Shown piece after piece: positions 1 through 9,217 of a stretch of DNA of 64,000 nt. Within the stretch, counting starts at the first letter, position 1; each line of letters starts with the position of its first letter. Source of the DNA: Candidatus Latescibacterota bacterium (GTDB taxonomy: Bacteria > Latescibacterota > UBA2968); contig OZ242320.1 in NCBI GenBank assembly GCA_965208125.1, positions 512,001 through 576,000 on the forward strand. Direction: 5' to 3'. The notes under the pieces are model-generated. The model ran no database searches, was not told where the DNA came from, and saw nothing but the letters and a program-made list of their open reading frames with translations. A program made the position numbers and the translations under genes.

Positions 1-619
1 CCTTACCGGCAGAGATCTTTTCTCCATCTGTAATAACACCCGTAACCGCATCATCCTGGATACATAGCTGATCAACCCCAGCGTGTTTAACCACAAGCCC
101 CTTCGCTTCGGCAGCCCTATGCAGTGCAGCCGCCAGAAGCCGACCATCCACGCGGGCGGCATCGCGGTAGAAAATCGCACCGCGCACATCTCCCAGAGCG
201 GGAAAGCGTCTGCGCGCCTCATCCGAAGAAATCTCGTACAAATCTTCCTCAGCCGGTTCACCGCGTTGATCCCGGCGGTTAAAAATATGCTGTCGCGCAA
301 GAGCAAAAGACTCTATCTCGTCATAAGAAACAGCGACAAGCATCATCCCACAAGTTGCAAACCCCGTCTCCCCATCCTGCTCCGCCTGCAAATTATCCAC
401 CAATTGTGGATAATATACGGAAGCAAACGCGGCAAGACGCAACCAGGGATCTGGATCGCGGGTATTGGTAGCAGGCGAAAGAATACCCGCACCAGCATCC
501 GTAGCGCGGCCAGCATCTCTCCGGTCAACGAGCAGAGTCTTCGCGCCGTCGCACACCAGATGATACGCAGCAGAAATCCCGACAACACCGCCGCCGATAA
601 CAATAGCGTCATAAGTCAT
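1..619 (-). CDS. FAD-dependent oxidoreductase, DAO/glycine oxidase family (3' end outside window)
   Basis: Manual translation from ATG at 619: MTYDAIVIGGGVVGISAAYHLV...GRATDAGAGILSP, with GxGxxG and DAO-type motif; absent from the ORF track because it runs off the edge. Confidence 0.85.
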   Translation of the reverse strand, partial: MTYDAIVIGGGVVGISAAYHLVCDGAKTLLVDRRDAGRATDAGAGILSPATNTRDPDPWLRLAAFASVYYPQLVDNLQAEQDGETGFATCGMMLVAVSYDEIESFALARQHIFNRRDQRGEPAEEDLYEISSDEARRRFPALGDVRGAIFYRDAARVDGRLLAAALHRAAEAKGLVVKHAGVDQLCIQDDAVTGVITDGEKISAGK

Positions 620-638
620 TTTTTCATCTCTTTCCGTA

Positions 639-1481
639 TTATCCCCTCAGACCCCATATCTCAGCCGCCGTCCCGCCCAGAATGCGTTCTATATCCCCAT
701 CCGTCAGAAAGGGCAACCCCTCGCGAATAAGACGCAGTTCATCAGCAAGCGTGGGCCACTTGTGCCTGACCCGGTGATACCCGGGGTAACCAGTCCCCCA
801 GACCGTACGCCGAGCAGTAAAAACCGCCAGCGCCGCCTCAATATACGGATGCACATCTTCGTACGGATAAACTTTTTGCGAACGTCCAGCCACATCCGAA
901 AGTTTAAAAAACACATTGTCAAAACGCGCCAGATCCAGAACAGGCTGATATTTAGCAAGCGGACGATCTATTTGCGGGTACCCCATATGGTCCAGGATAA
1001 GAACAGTATCCGGACACCGCCGCGCAATGGCAGCGACCTGATCCGCGTGTTCGGGCCGCAAATGAAACTGAATAACAGCATCGAGCGCCGCGATCTCTTC
1101 CCACATCGGACCGTTCTGCTCCGTAAGCAGAATCTTCTCATCGGGATAGTACATCGGATGCAACCGGAACCCAACCAGACCGCGCTCCCGGATCCAGTAG
1201 CGCACCTGCTCGGCATTATCGGGATCCTGGGGATCAACAAGACCATGCCCGACAAACCGATCCGGATACCGAACCACAGAATCCGCGATATAACCGTTAT
1301 CCCACGTGGACCAACTCGTCTGCACGAGCACCGTCCAATCCACCCCTTCGGCATCCATATCAGCCAAAAGTTCTTCAGCAGTACCCGGCTCATCCGGATA
1401 GCTATTCCACGTCGGCGCAGTGGGACCAACCGGATACTTATCCGAAATTTCCCAGATGTGAACGTGCGTATCTACAATCAT
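639..1481 (-). CDS. Amidohydrolase_2 family metal-dependent hydrolase (lactonase-like)
   Basis: DTHVHIW, GFRLH, LDHMG and WGTGYP motifs; 280 aa. Confidence 0.85.
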   Translation of the reverse strand: MIVDTHVHIWEISDKYPVGPTAPTWNSYPDEPGTAEELLADMDAEGVDWTVLVQTSWSTWDNGYIADSVVRYPDRFVGHGLVDPQDPDNAEQVRYWIRERGLVGFRLHPMYYPDEKILLTEQNGPMWEEIAALDAVIQFHLRPEHADQVAAIARRCPDTVLILDHMGYPQIDRPLAKYQPVLDLARFDNVFFKLSDVAGRSQKVYPYEDVHPYIEAALAVFTARRTVWGTGYPGYHRVRHKWPTLADELRLIREGLPFLTDGDIERILGGTAAEIWGLRG

Positions 1482-1501
1482 AAAGAAGTCCTATAAGAAG
1501 C

Positions 1502-1524
1502 AAAAGCCCGATAGAATCGGGCTT
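1502..1524. terminator. Hairpin/terminator, AAAAGCCCGAT family copy 1
   Basis: AAGCCCGAT-aga-ATCGGGCTT. Confidence 0.6.
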
Positions 1525-1567
1525 ATTCATATAATTTGCGGGATGTGCATAATTCCATATAACCGCG

Positions 1568-1813
1568 TCACGCACCCAACGCTTGCTCAAACGCCTCAAG
1601 GCTGGACACCTGAACCGCCGAGCGAAGCAACTGCTTGAGACGTTGCAAATCCGTAATGGTCGTAAGGTGAGCAGATAGGTGTTCTGATTCGTGTAGATCA
1701 AATCGAATCTCCAACACCGTGATAATATTTTTTATGGCGTAGCCTCTTTCCCTTTGCTCTCTGCCTTGTTGGATGAGTTGTTTTACAAAGGATGACTCAA
1801 AGACGAGGTCCAT
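1568..1813 (-). CDS. Orphan Rpn C-terminal small protein (RpnS-like, 81 aa); frame stays open upstream to 2032 through degenerate Rpn linker copies
   Basis: SD AGAGGAGGA 4 nt before ATG at 1813; VLEIRF...LKQLLRSAVQVSSLEAF is homologous to the C-terminus of 2044..2931. Confidence 0.7.
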   Translation of the reverse strand: MDLVFESSFVKQLIQQGREQRERGYAIKNIITVLEIRFDLHESEHLSAHLTTITDLQRLKQLLRSAVQVSSLEAFEQALGA

Positions 1814-2043
1814 GAGATCCTCCTCTACGAGTACTTTACAAATGGTTTCAGCGTCGTACAACCTCCCGCAGAAGAATGCTCTAATTGCGAAAAAGTCAGC
1901 CTTAGTTGACCGATCCATACAAGTGGTTTCAGCCCTGTTCTTCGATCCGCTCAAGATCTCCTTACACGCGAGATAATCAGCCTTAGCTGACCGATTCGTA
2001 TGGACGTGACGCGGTGTTTTCGCGTCAGGCATTGTAACCCTCC

Positions 2044-2298
2044 TTAATCTGCTTCATCTAATATTTGCTGAAATGCCTCGAGGCTGGACACCTGAACTGC
2101 CGAGCGAAGCAACTGCTTGAGATGGTACAAATCTGTGACGGCCGCTATGCGAGCAGATAGGGGATCTGTTTCAGGTAGATCGAATCGAATTTCCAGCACC
2201 TCGATGATATCGGCAATAGCGCGGTCTCTCTCCCCGCGCTCAATGCCTTGCTTCATAATGTATTGTGCAGACAATGATTCGCGCATAATGGCATCCAT
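2044..2298 (-). CDS. Predicted internal in-frame small protein (RpnS-like antitoxin, 84 aa)
   Basis: Intragenic SD CAGGAGGG-tctt-ATG (MDAIMRES...) at the same relative position as the orphan copy's start. Confidence 0.6.
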   Translation of the reverse strand: MDAIMRESLSAQYIMKQGIERGERDRAIADIIEVLEIRFDLPETDPLSARIAAVTDLYHLKQLLRSAVQVSSLEAFQQILDEAD

Positions 2299-2931
2299 AA
2301 GACCCTCCTGTAATAGAATACGATTGATAAGTGTCGGATCATACGCTAACCCACTCAATATCATCAACCTGCCTAAAAAGTCAACCTTTATTGATTCATC
2401 CACCCGCAAAGTATTCGCGGCGTCAACACAGTGACGCAGCCACGCCTCTGAATCTATGCCAACAGGACGCTTCATCAACGATGCAAATGGAAACAAGCCC
2501 GAAGGTCCGCCATCGAGAATGTCCTGTCCGTCTATTTCACTGAGCCGAATCACTGTGTATTTGATCACAACGGGATGGCCGGACATTTTATGAACAAAGT
2601 GCCCCGGATCGCGCCGACCTGCATTGCGCCGCAAGTAGATCACACTGGAATAAATCGGCAGGTCGTGCTGCTCAATCGCACGTATCATATAGCCCGCCAT
2701 GCGCAGCGGCATAGACGGATCGTCAGCCGTTTGAAACTCCGTATGGATCAACGCCTCCTCACCTGCGATAAGGACGCGGATGAGGCTGTCCATGTGTCGT
2801 GTTTCAACGGTGTTTTGCTCTGTGTCGAGGATGTCGAGGACTTCTACATCGTCCTGTCCGAATGTGAGGCGGATGAAGTCTTTGGGGTAGGTTTGGATGA
2901 GGTCTTTAGAGATGGTGTCATATTCGGCCAT
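2044..2931 (-). CDS. Rpn family recombination-promoting nuclease/putative transposase (PD-(D/E)xK)
   Basis: YDTISKDLI N-terminus, RHMDSL...IHTEFQT, LRMAGY, C-terminal GIERGE/LEIRF tail. Confidence 0.85.
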   Translation of the reverse strand: MAEYDTISKDLIQTYPKDFIRLTFGQDDVEVLDILDTEQNTVETRHMDSLIRVLIAGEEALIHTEFQTADDPSMPLRMAGYMIRAIEQHDLPIYSSVIYLRRNAGRRDPGHFVHKMSGHPVVIKYTVIRLSEIDGQDILDGGPSGLFPFASLMKRPVGIDSEAWLRHCVDAANTLRVDESIKVDFLGRLMILSGLAYDPTLINRILLQEGLMDAIMRESLSAQYIMKQGIERGERDRAIADIIEVLEIRFDLPETDPLSARIAAVTDLYHLKQLLRSAVQVSSLEAFQQILDEAD

Positions 2932-2974
2932 GTGAGATGCCTCGCGTCTGATGGGTGAATTTGATCAGACACAA

Positions 2975-2991
2975 AGCAAATATCAAGCCAA
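2975..2991 (-). promoter_or_regulatory. Candidate sigma54 -24/-12 promoter for rpn
   Basis: TTGGCTTGATATTTGCT (GG-N10-GC) about 45 bp upstream of the ATG. Confidence 0.45.
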
Positions 2992-3262
2992 CATCACAGA
3001 AATTGAGCGATAAATTGTGTGGACAGAAACTCAAGTACCCTCATCAGGCTTTTAATATGCTGTATTACGCCCCTAACTTGAATGTACGGATCGCCTTTGG
3101 AGGCACATATAAACGGAACGCACTGGGATACAAAAGTGTACGTTTTGATCCATGAATGATGAGGTATCGTGAAAGATTTTTACATTTTAAAAAGTAGTGG
3201 TCTGCTGTGAATCAGTCTCCAGCATTGTACTTAATGGCTTTTTAGGATTGGCTGATGGCATA

Positions 3263-3301
3263 AACAAAAGCCCGATGGATAACCAGTCCACCGGGCTTTT
3301 T
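3263..3301. terminator. Hairpin/terminator, AAAAGCCCGAT family copy 2
   Basis: AACAAAAGCCCGATGGA-taaccag-TCCACCGGGCTTTTT; A- and T-tracts on both sides. Confidence 0.7.
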
Positions 3302-3317
3302 CATTTTTTTATAAATC

Positions 3318-4424
3318 TCACTCATAAGTCCACCCGCAGTGAAATCCTTGCTGCTCTGCAATCGACATAAGAGGCTCCAGGGTTCTTCGATAGGCAAATC
3401 TCAATTTTTCAAAATTCAGAGTGTCCTCGGGTTTATCAATATGCAGATCTGTAATATAAGGCCCCACATCCTTTTCCCATTTGTTATTGCTAAAAATGTC
3501 CCGGGTAATAGACAGCGCGTCGCACTGGGTTTTAGCCAAGCAGTCAATGTAGATTTCTGATGGAAGACGATCACTTTTTGAACTATTTGCCTGGGGATCA
3601 ACGGGAATGAGATTCCACAACTGATTGTGCGCCACAAATTTCCAAGGCAAAAAGTGATCCAATGCATAATCGCTATGTACCTCTTTTCCGGTGTAAATAC
3701 ATTGGATATTCGTTTTGTTAATAACAGTTTTCCAAAACTTTCGCTGTGTATTAAGAGGCTCCCTCCGATCAGGAGGAAACAATTTTTGCGTCACAGCAGG
3801 AATATTGGGGTTGCGCCGCTGCATATAATCTGCCCAGTGCCACAGTGCCCAGCCCTCAAGAATTGTTAGATGTTGCTCTAAATAAGCAATCCAGTCTGGA
3901 TGCAAAAAAATACATTTTCGAGTACCGTCAAAACGGAAGAGAGGGCGTCGTTTCTGAAAATGTTCAGCAGCAAGTTCGACAATTTTCTGATCTACCTTTT
4001 TTCTCAACAAACTGGTTTCTTCGAGAAAAAACGGACGCAAAATTCGATAGGGGACATAGCGCATCAATTTGAAATCCAGCATTTCACCATAAAAGGCAAG
4101 GTGTTTTCGCAAATCATTGCGCCCCGTTTTAGACAGCAAATTTTTATCATTATCAAAATTTGGAATCCGTCCCAAAACGGAAGGAATTTTATCCTGAATA
4201 CCAAATGACAGTTTAAAAAAGACGTGCGGGTACCAGGCAGTAACCAGCATCTCAATCTCTATATCTCTCAGTGAAATGCCGTCATCAATCTCGAAATCTC
4301 TATCCTTTAGCAGAGTCAATAGAGAAAGAAAAAATAGATACTTGTACGAATTGGTCGTATTCCTGAACAATCCACTGAGTGCTGCAATATTAAGTTGATC
4401 TGAATGTGGTAATTGCTGAGTCAT
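3318..4424 (-). CDS. HNH endonuclease with N-terminal helical domain (putative restriction/defence)
   Basis: CIYTG...LDHFLPW...HNQLWNLIP...NSSKSDRLP; N-terminal NSYKYLFFLSLL; AT-rich. Confidence 0.8.
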   Translation of the reverse strand: MTQQLPHSDQLNIAALSGLFRNTTNSYKYLFFLSLLTLLKDRDFEIDDGISLRDIEIEMLVTAWYPHVFFKLSFGIQDKIPSVLGRIPNFDNDKNLLSKTGRNDLRKHLAFYGEMLDFKLMRYVPYRILRPFFLEETSLLRKKVDQKIVELAAEHFQKRRPLFRFDGTRKCIFLHPDWIAYLEQHLTILEGWALWHWADYMQRRNPNIPAVTQKLFPPDRREPLNTQRKFWKTVINKTNIQCIYTGKEVHSDYALDHFLPWKFVAHNQLWNLIPVDPQANSSKSDRLPSEIYIDCLAKTQCDALSITRDIFSNNKWEKDVGPYITDLHIDKPEDTLNFEKLRFAYRRTLEPLMSIAEQQGFHCGWTYE

Positions 4425-4573
4425 AAAGGTTCAATCCGATTGGCGAACTGGTGAATCTCCTCCGCCTCACCAGAGATAAAGAGAATTTGTCGCCCGCGAT
4501 ACCGATGCCCGGCAGGCACTAATCAATATACTCAAGGGGTTGAGATTCCACAAGTTGACAGACAGATCCACAC

Positions 4574-4615
4574 AACAAAAGCCCAATGGATAACTGGACC
4601 CACCGGGCTTTTTTT
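4574..4615. terminator. Hairpin/terminator, AAAAGCCCGAT family copy 3
   Basis: AACAAAAGCCCAATGGATAACTGGACCCACCGGGCTTTTTTT, near-copy of 3263..3301. Confidence 0.7.
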
Positions 4616-4632
4616 ATTTTCCTTATCTCAAT

Positions 4633-7089
4633 CTATTCATGCCGCAACGCTTCCACCGGATTGGACAGCGCCGCACGAAGGGCGTGGAAACTCACAGTAA
4701 ACAACGCAATCGCCAAGGCAACCGCGCCACTCAACACAAATATCCACCACGAAAGATCCGTGCGATAGGCAAAACCCTCCAGCCAACTTCGCATGGCAAA
4801 ATACGCAACCGGCCATGCAAACAGATTTGCAATCAAAACCATAATTGCAAATGTCCTGGAAATCAGCATCACAATATTTGACACACTCGCACCCAAAACC
4901 TTTCGCACCCCAATCTCTTTCACGCGCTGCTCAACCGTAAATGCCGCAAGGCCAAACAGACCCATACACGCGAGCAAAATCGCCATCCCCGAAGAGAGCA
5001 ATGTCAGCGCCTGCGCCCGTTGTTCTGCAGAGTACATATATTCAAACTGCTGGTCCCACATCATATATTCAAAAGGCTGATCTGCGGGAGCGAATCGCTT
5101 CCAGGTCTTTTTAAAAAAAGCGAGTGTCTCTTCCATCCCCTCGGCTTTGACGCGCACGCCCAAACTGTAAAATTGCTGGTGCCGAAGCGTCAGCGCAACA
5201 GGACCAATTTCTTCTTGCAACGGACCGTAGTGAAAGTCCCGCACAACGCCAATCACCGTCCCCTTCCGATTTCTCTCCCGATCAACCCACTCAAAAGACT
5301 TGCCAATAGGATCATCCCAGCCGAGCCGCGCAACAGCCGTTTCATTGATAATAAACGCTTTTGACGTATCTGTGGGAAATGCAATCGGATCAAATTTGCG
5401 TCCTTCTACCAGCCCAATTTGAAACACATCGAGATAATCTTCATCGACCTCCAGAAGCGGCATGCGCCAGTCTGTGTCCTCGTGTCCCTCTGCTCGAATC
5501 GTTCGAATAATACCCCCACTCCATCCAACCCGCCAGCGATAAGCCGTTGCTTCAAGCGCGTTCGGATGGGCGAGGAATGCCTCTTTCACCGTAGCATAAC
5601 GGGCGGCGAGCTTTTGCTCCGGATCCAATTTTGTTTCCTGATCGAGAACAAATATGGGCATGAGCACCATCTGCTCCATATTAAAACCCAGATGCTTATT
5701 TTTAATATAATCGAGTTGCCGATAGATCACCCCCGTACTCGCGAGCAGAGTAATTGAAATTGCAAACTGCGCCACCACCAATCCTCTTCGAATCCACTGC
5801 CCCCGAGAACCCGCGCGAAACGCCCCCTTTAGTGTCTCTGTGGGTTCATACGCCGAAAGAAAAAATGCGGGATAAACACCGGCCAACAGCCCGACGAATA
5901 CGGCAATACCAATCAGGGCCATTGTGAGCAACGGATCACTCGACAAATTCAACTCGAGTTGCTTAAAGAAAAAGGCGTTAAACTCGGGGAGCACGAGTTC
6001 GACGGCACTAAGCGCGAGCACAAGCGCGACCAATGCCGTGAGAACAGACTCACCCAAAAACTGACCCATAAGTTGTGAGCGATACGCCCCCGACACCTTT
6101 CGCAAACCCACCTCGTGCGCCCTGCGAGCCGATTGTGCCGTCGTCAAATTAGTAAAATTGATACATCCAATCGCAAGCACCAGAACTGCAATAGCACCAA
6201 ACTGATAAACGCGGTCAATATCGCCGTACCAATCCAGATCATAGTCCTTCCTCGAATAGAGATAAATGCGATTGAGAGGCTGGAGATGATACGCATTTGT
6301 ACGCGCAATCTCTGCCCCCATATAGCGATTCATAAATTCGGGAAGCTTCGCGGACAGCGCCTTTGGGTCAGCTCCTTCTCGCAGCAAAACATACGTATTG
6401 ACCGGACGCCAGCCATCGGTAGGTATCCAATCTTCCCAGAGATATTTCGCGCCTTCGGACGAAAAACTGCCTATTCCGATATAATCGATATAATCGGTTT
6501 CTCCGTAGCGGCTGAGTGTAGAGTTGCGGGGCACATCTTTTATTATAGCAGTGATGGTGCGCTCGCCTCCGTGATGCTTGCTTTCAGAGGTGATGGTCTT
6601 GCCAATCGGGTCTTCGTCTCCAAATAACCGCTTTGCCGCCGATTCCGTTATGGCAATCGCATTGGGATTGGGAAAAGCGGTCTCGAGACTGCCGCGCACA
6701 AATGGAAAATCGAAAATTTCAAACATCTCGGGATCGGCAATACAGATACTCAGTGGAAATTCTTTTTCTCTCAGGCTTACGTCTATGAAATCAATCCATA
6801 CGCGCACGGCTTTTTCCACCTCGGGAAAATCTCGCTCAAGTGCCCCTGCCAGCGCGCCCGACGTATCGGGCAAATAATTCGATTGTCCCCCAGCCTTAGT
6901 CTCCCGCATCACGCGATAAATCCGATCTCCTTTTGCATGCCAACTGTCAAAACTCAACTCGTCCTGAATATAGAGCACGATCAAAATGCACGTCCCCAGA
7001 CCAATGGCAAGCCCCAGAATATTGATAGCGCTAAAGGTCTTTTGCCGCTTGAGATTTCTCAGTGCGATAATCAGGTAATTTCTAAACAC
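4633..7089 (-). CDS. Duplicated MacB/FtsX-type ABC permease (orphan, ADOP-like)
   Basis: NYLIIALRNL, EVGLRKVSGA, EIGVRKVLGA, NPVEALRHE; 818 aa with two FtsX repeats. Confidence 0.92.
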   Translation of the reverse strand: MFRNYLIIALRNLKRQKTFSAINILGLAIGLGTCILIVLYIQDELSFDSWHAKGDRIYRVMRETKAGGQSNYLPDTSGALAGALERDFPEVEKAVRVWIDFIDVSLREKEFPLSICIADPEMFEIFDFPFVRGSLETAFPNPNAIAITESAAKRLFGDEDPIGKTITSESKHHGGERTITAIIKDVPRNSTLSRYGETDYIDYIGIGSFSSEGAKYLWEDWIPTDGWRPVNTYVLLREGADPKALSAKLPEFMNRYMGAEIARTNAYHLQPLNRIYLYSRKDYDLDWYGDIDRVYQFGAIAVLVLAIGCINFTNLTTAQSARRAHEVGLRKVSGAYRSQLMGQFLGESVLTALVALVLALSAVELVLPEFNAFFFKQLELNLSSDPLLTMALIGIAVFVGLLAGVYPAFFLSAYEPTETLKGAFRAGSRGQWIRRGLVVAQFAISITLLASTGVIYRQLDYIKNKHLGFNMEQMVLMPIFVLDQETKLDPEQKLAARYATVKEAFLAHPNALEATAYRWRVGWSGGIIRTIRAEGHEDTDWRMPLLEVDEDYLDVFQIGLVEGRKFDPIAFPTDTSKAFIINETAVARLGWDDPIGKSFEWVDRERNRKGTVIGVVRDFHYGPLQEEIGPVALTLRHQQFYSLGVRVKAEGMEETLAFFKKTWKRFAPADQPFEYMMWDQQFEYMYSAEQRAQALTLLSSGMAILLACMGLFGLAAFTVEQRVKEIGVRKVLGASVSNIVMLISRTFAIMVLIANLFAWPVAYFAMRSWLEGFAYRTDLSWWIFVLSGAVALAIALFTVSFHALRAALSNPVEALRHE

Positions 7090-7187
7090 GATAATCCTCC
7101 CCGTTACAAGTAGAACGAATTAAAAACTATTAACCCATTAGACACACCTGGTAAATAATGGGGTGGAAAGTTTTTCACCCAAAATGA

Positions 7188-7204
7188 AGCAATTTCTGTG
7201 CCAA
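7188..7204 (-). promoter_or_regulatory. sigma54 promoter
   Basis: TTGGCAC-AGAAA-TTGCT matches TGGCAC-N5-TTGC exactly. Confidence 0.8.
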
Positions 7205-7266
7205 AATCCTCTTCTCTATGTTTTACAAGGAGTTATAAAAATTAGTGCCATGGGCACAGTTCAATA

Positions 7267-7306
7267 AGTGTCCGATTTTGATACAGTAGTGTCCGAAAAT
7301 GAACAC
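7267..7306. promoter_or_regulatory. Tandem enhancer-like (bEBP UAS) sites
   Basis: AGTGTCCGATTTTGATAC and AGTGTCCGAAAATGAACAC, 21 bp apart; IHF-like TTACAA-N4-TTA near 7223. Confidence 0.6.
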
Positions 7307-7318
7307 CTGAAATAAAAA

Positions 7319-7349
7319 CAGGCACATTGTTTTGATTGCAATGTGCCTG
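7319..7349 (-). terminator. Intrinsic terminator
   Basis: CAGGCACATTG-N9-CAATGTGCCTG with T-tract on the minus strand. Confidence 0.7.
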
Positions 7350-7379
7350 CTGTATTATCCGTTTTAAACCACACAACAT

Positions 7380-9164
7380 TCAAATCACCAACATCTTCAC
7401 CTCGTGTTTCTTAGCGAAATATACGTCATTTCCCATCACAGGACCGGGGATTTGGAAAGCGTCTTCTTCCTCGTACAGAAGCGTAATAGCGCGGTGGGCT
7501 GGATCGAACGCATAAAAAGACCCCGTCGTAAAACCGTATATCTTCCCATCTGGTCCATTCTGAAGCCCCAGATCCAGCGGACGATCATCTAAGGGAATCG
7601 CATAGAGAAACGCCCGCGAAACAGGATCAAACGCAAACAGAACAGGACCTTCATCGCCCAGAGCAGTCCCGTACAGTAAACCATTCTCACCGACAACAAG
7701 CGCATTAATCGCTGAAATGTGCCTATCGAGCGTACCCTCCCACGCCTTCTCCTCCCGTTCATAATCCCACAAAAACAACACCGCCTGTGAAACCCGCGGA
7801 CGGGTACCGGATCCGCCGTTAATCGTCGTCCCCACCGCGAGCAAATCCTGGCGAGACAGCCATGCCAGCGACCAGCAACTCGCCTCCCCGGCGATATCGC
7901 GGTAAGACCCAAACTGCTCCGTACCCGGATCGAACCACGACAGCGGACCACCCCACAAACCGTAATCCGGAACAGACGCGATCCACACCCGCCCCATCGG
8001 ACCCGTCACCAGCGCACGGGGACGATAGGACACCTCATCTACACGCCCCAAATCGCGCGGATTGCTATCAGCCGCCACCCCAAAACGATACGCACGCGAA
8101 GGATCATACACCGACAGCCTCGCACCGGGATAAGAACAAATATAGAGCTTCCCGTCCAAATTCCCCATCGAATACGCCTCACCAGTCGCCGTTGAACAAA
8201 CCCCCAGATCCATCATCTCGCCCGAAGAAGGCACAAAGCGGAACAAATGCAATGGCAAAATACTCGACCCGTATATATTGTCATCCGGACCGCGGTGCAT
8301 CAAAAACAACTCGCTCCCCGCCGATTTGTATGAAATAGGCAATCGCCTCGTCGCGCCCGTCCTGGGATGCGTAATCCCAACCACGCGGTACATCTGCGTA
8401 TCCCGATCAGCAAAATCAACAACCGCGCCATCGGACATCGTCGGCAACGGCGCAGGCTCGGGAAGCGACGCCACCCGAACCGCCTCAAACCCTTCCAGAC
8501 GAAAATTGCCCTCGGACGACGCGATATAAAGCACCCCATCGGACGCCCGCATCAACACCGACGCCCCACCATCCTCCTTTGTCACAACCGATCCTACCGC
8601 CTTCCGAACACCCGTCCTCGGGTCCAGCACCACCACATGGGGCCGCGTCATCTTAATCTCGCATGCAATCGTCCCATCGGGCGCACACATCGGATAACAA
8701 TACATATCCGTCTCATCCATCCGTCCATACCGCACAAACACACCCGTCCTCGGATCGTAACTCGTCAACCCCGCCGAACCGTAACACCCGATCCACAGCA
8801 CCCCCTGGGCATCCTCATCAATACGACATGGAAACGTATCATCCGGCAAATTAATCGCCCCCAAATTATCCAACCGCCCCGTCTTTGCATCATAACAAAA
8901 CAAATACCCTGCGTACGCCGCCCCAATATAAATCACACCACTTCGACTCAGCAGCGTCGCCGTCGGATAATGCGCCGAAGGCAGCGTCGCCGTCACCTGA
9001 TCCGTATCACCCATAACCGGATCTATCTTCACCACCATAAAACCATCTGCCTGCTGGCCCATCACAGCCACCAGACAATCGCGACCCTCTGCATCCAGCG
9101 TCGGGAAAATACGCACCCAATTCACACTGCGAATCGGCACGCCAAGAGTATGGACAGAAGACAC
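7380..9164 (-). CDS. Hypothetical beta-propeller repeat protein
   Basis: Repeated G(x)IYIG/LFxYDP/GPDGKIYG blades; 594 aa; no signal peptide. Confidence 0.7.
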   Translation of the reverse strand: MSSVHTLGVPIRSVNWVRIFPTLDAEGRDCLVAVMGQQADGFMVVKIDPVMGDTDQVTATLPSAHYPTATLLSRSGVIYIGAAYAGYLFCYDAKTGRLDNLGAINLPDDTFPCRIDEDAQGVLWIGCYGSAGLTSYDPRTGVFVRYGRMDETDMYCYPMCAPDGTIACEIKMTRPHVVVLDPRTGVRKAVGSVVTKEDGGASVLMRASDGVLYIASSEGNFRLEGFEAVRVASLPEPAPLPTMSDGAVVDFADRDTQMYRVVGITHPRTGATRRLPISYKSAGSELFLMHRGPDDNIYGSSILPLHLFRFVPSSGEMMDLGVCSTATGEAYSMGNLDGKLYICSYPGARLSVYDPSRAYRFGVAADSNPRDLGRVDEVSYRPRALVTGPMGRVWIASVPDYGLWGGPLSWFDPGTEQFGSYRDIAGEASCWSLAWLSRQDLLAVGTTINGGSGTRPRVSQAVLFLWDYEREEKAWEGTLDRHISAINALVVGENGLLYGTALGDEGPVLFAFDPVSRAFLYAIPLDDRPLDLGLQNGPDGKIYGFTTGSFYAFDPAHRAITLLYEEEDAFQIPGPVMGNDVYFAKKHEVKMLVI

Positions 9165-9217
9165 GACACACCCCCAAAAAATATGGGATGACCCGTTATT
9201 GGATCATCCCAAAGAAA

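Noticed and set aside
2955-3155. 66-aa plus-strand ORF between rpn and HNH
   Set aside because: No RBS or motif, and it overlaps the likely rpn promoter
3318-4424. Cas9 or IscB
   Set aside because: HNH only; no RuvC motifs, bridge helix or CRISPR array
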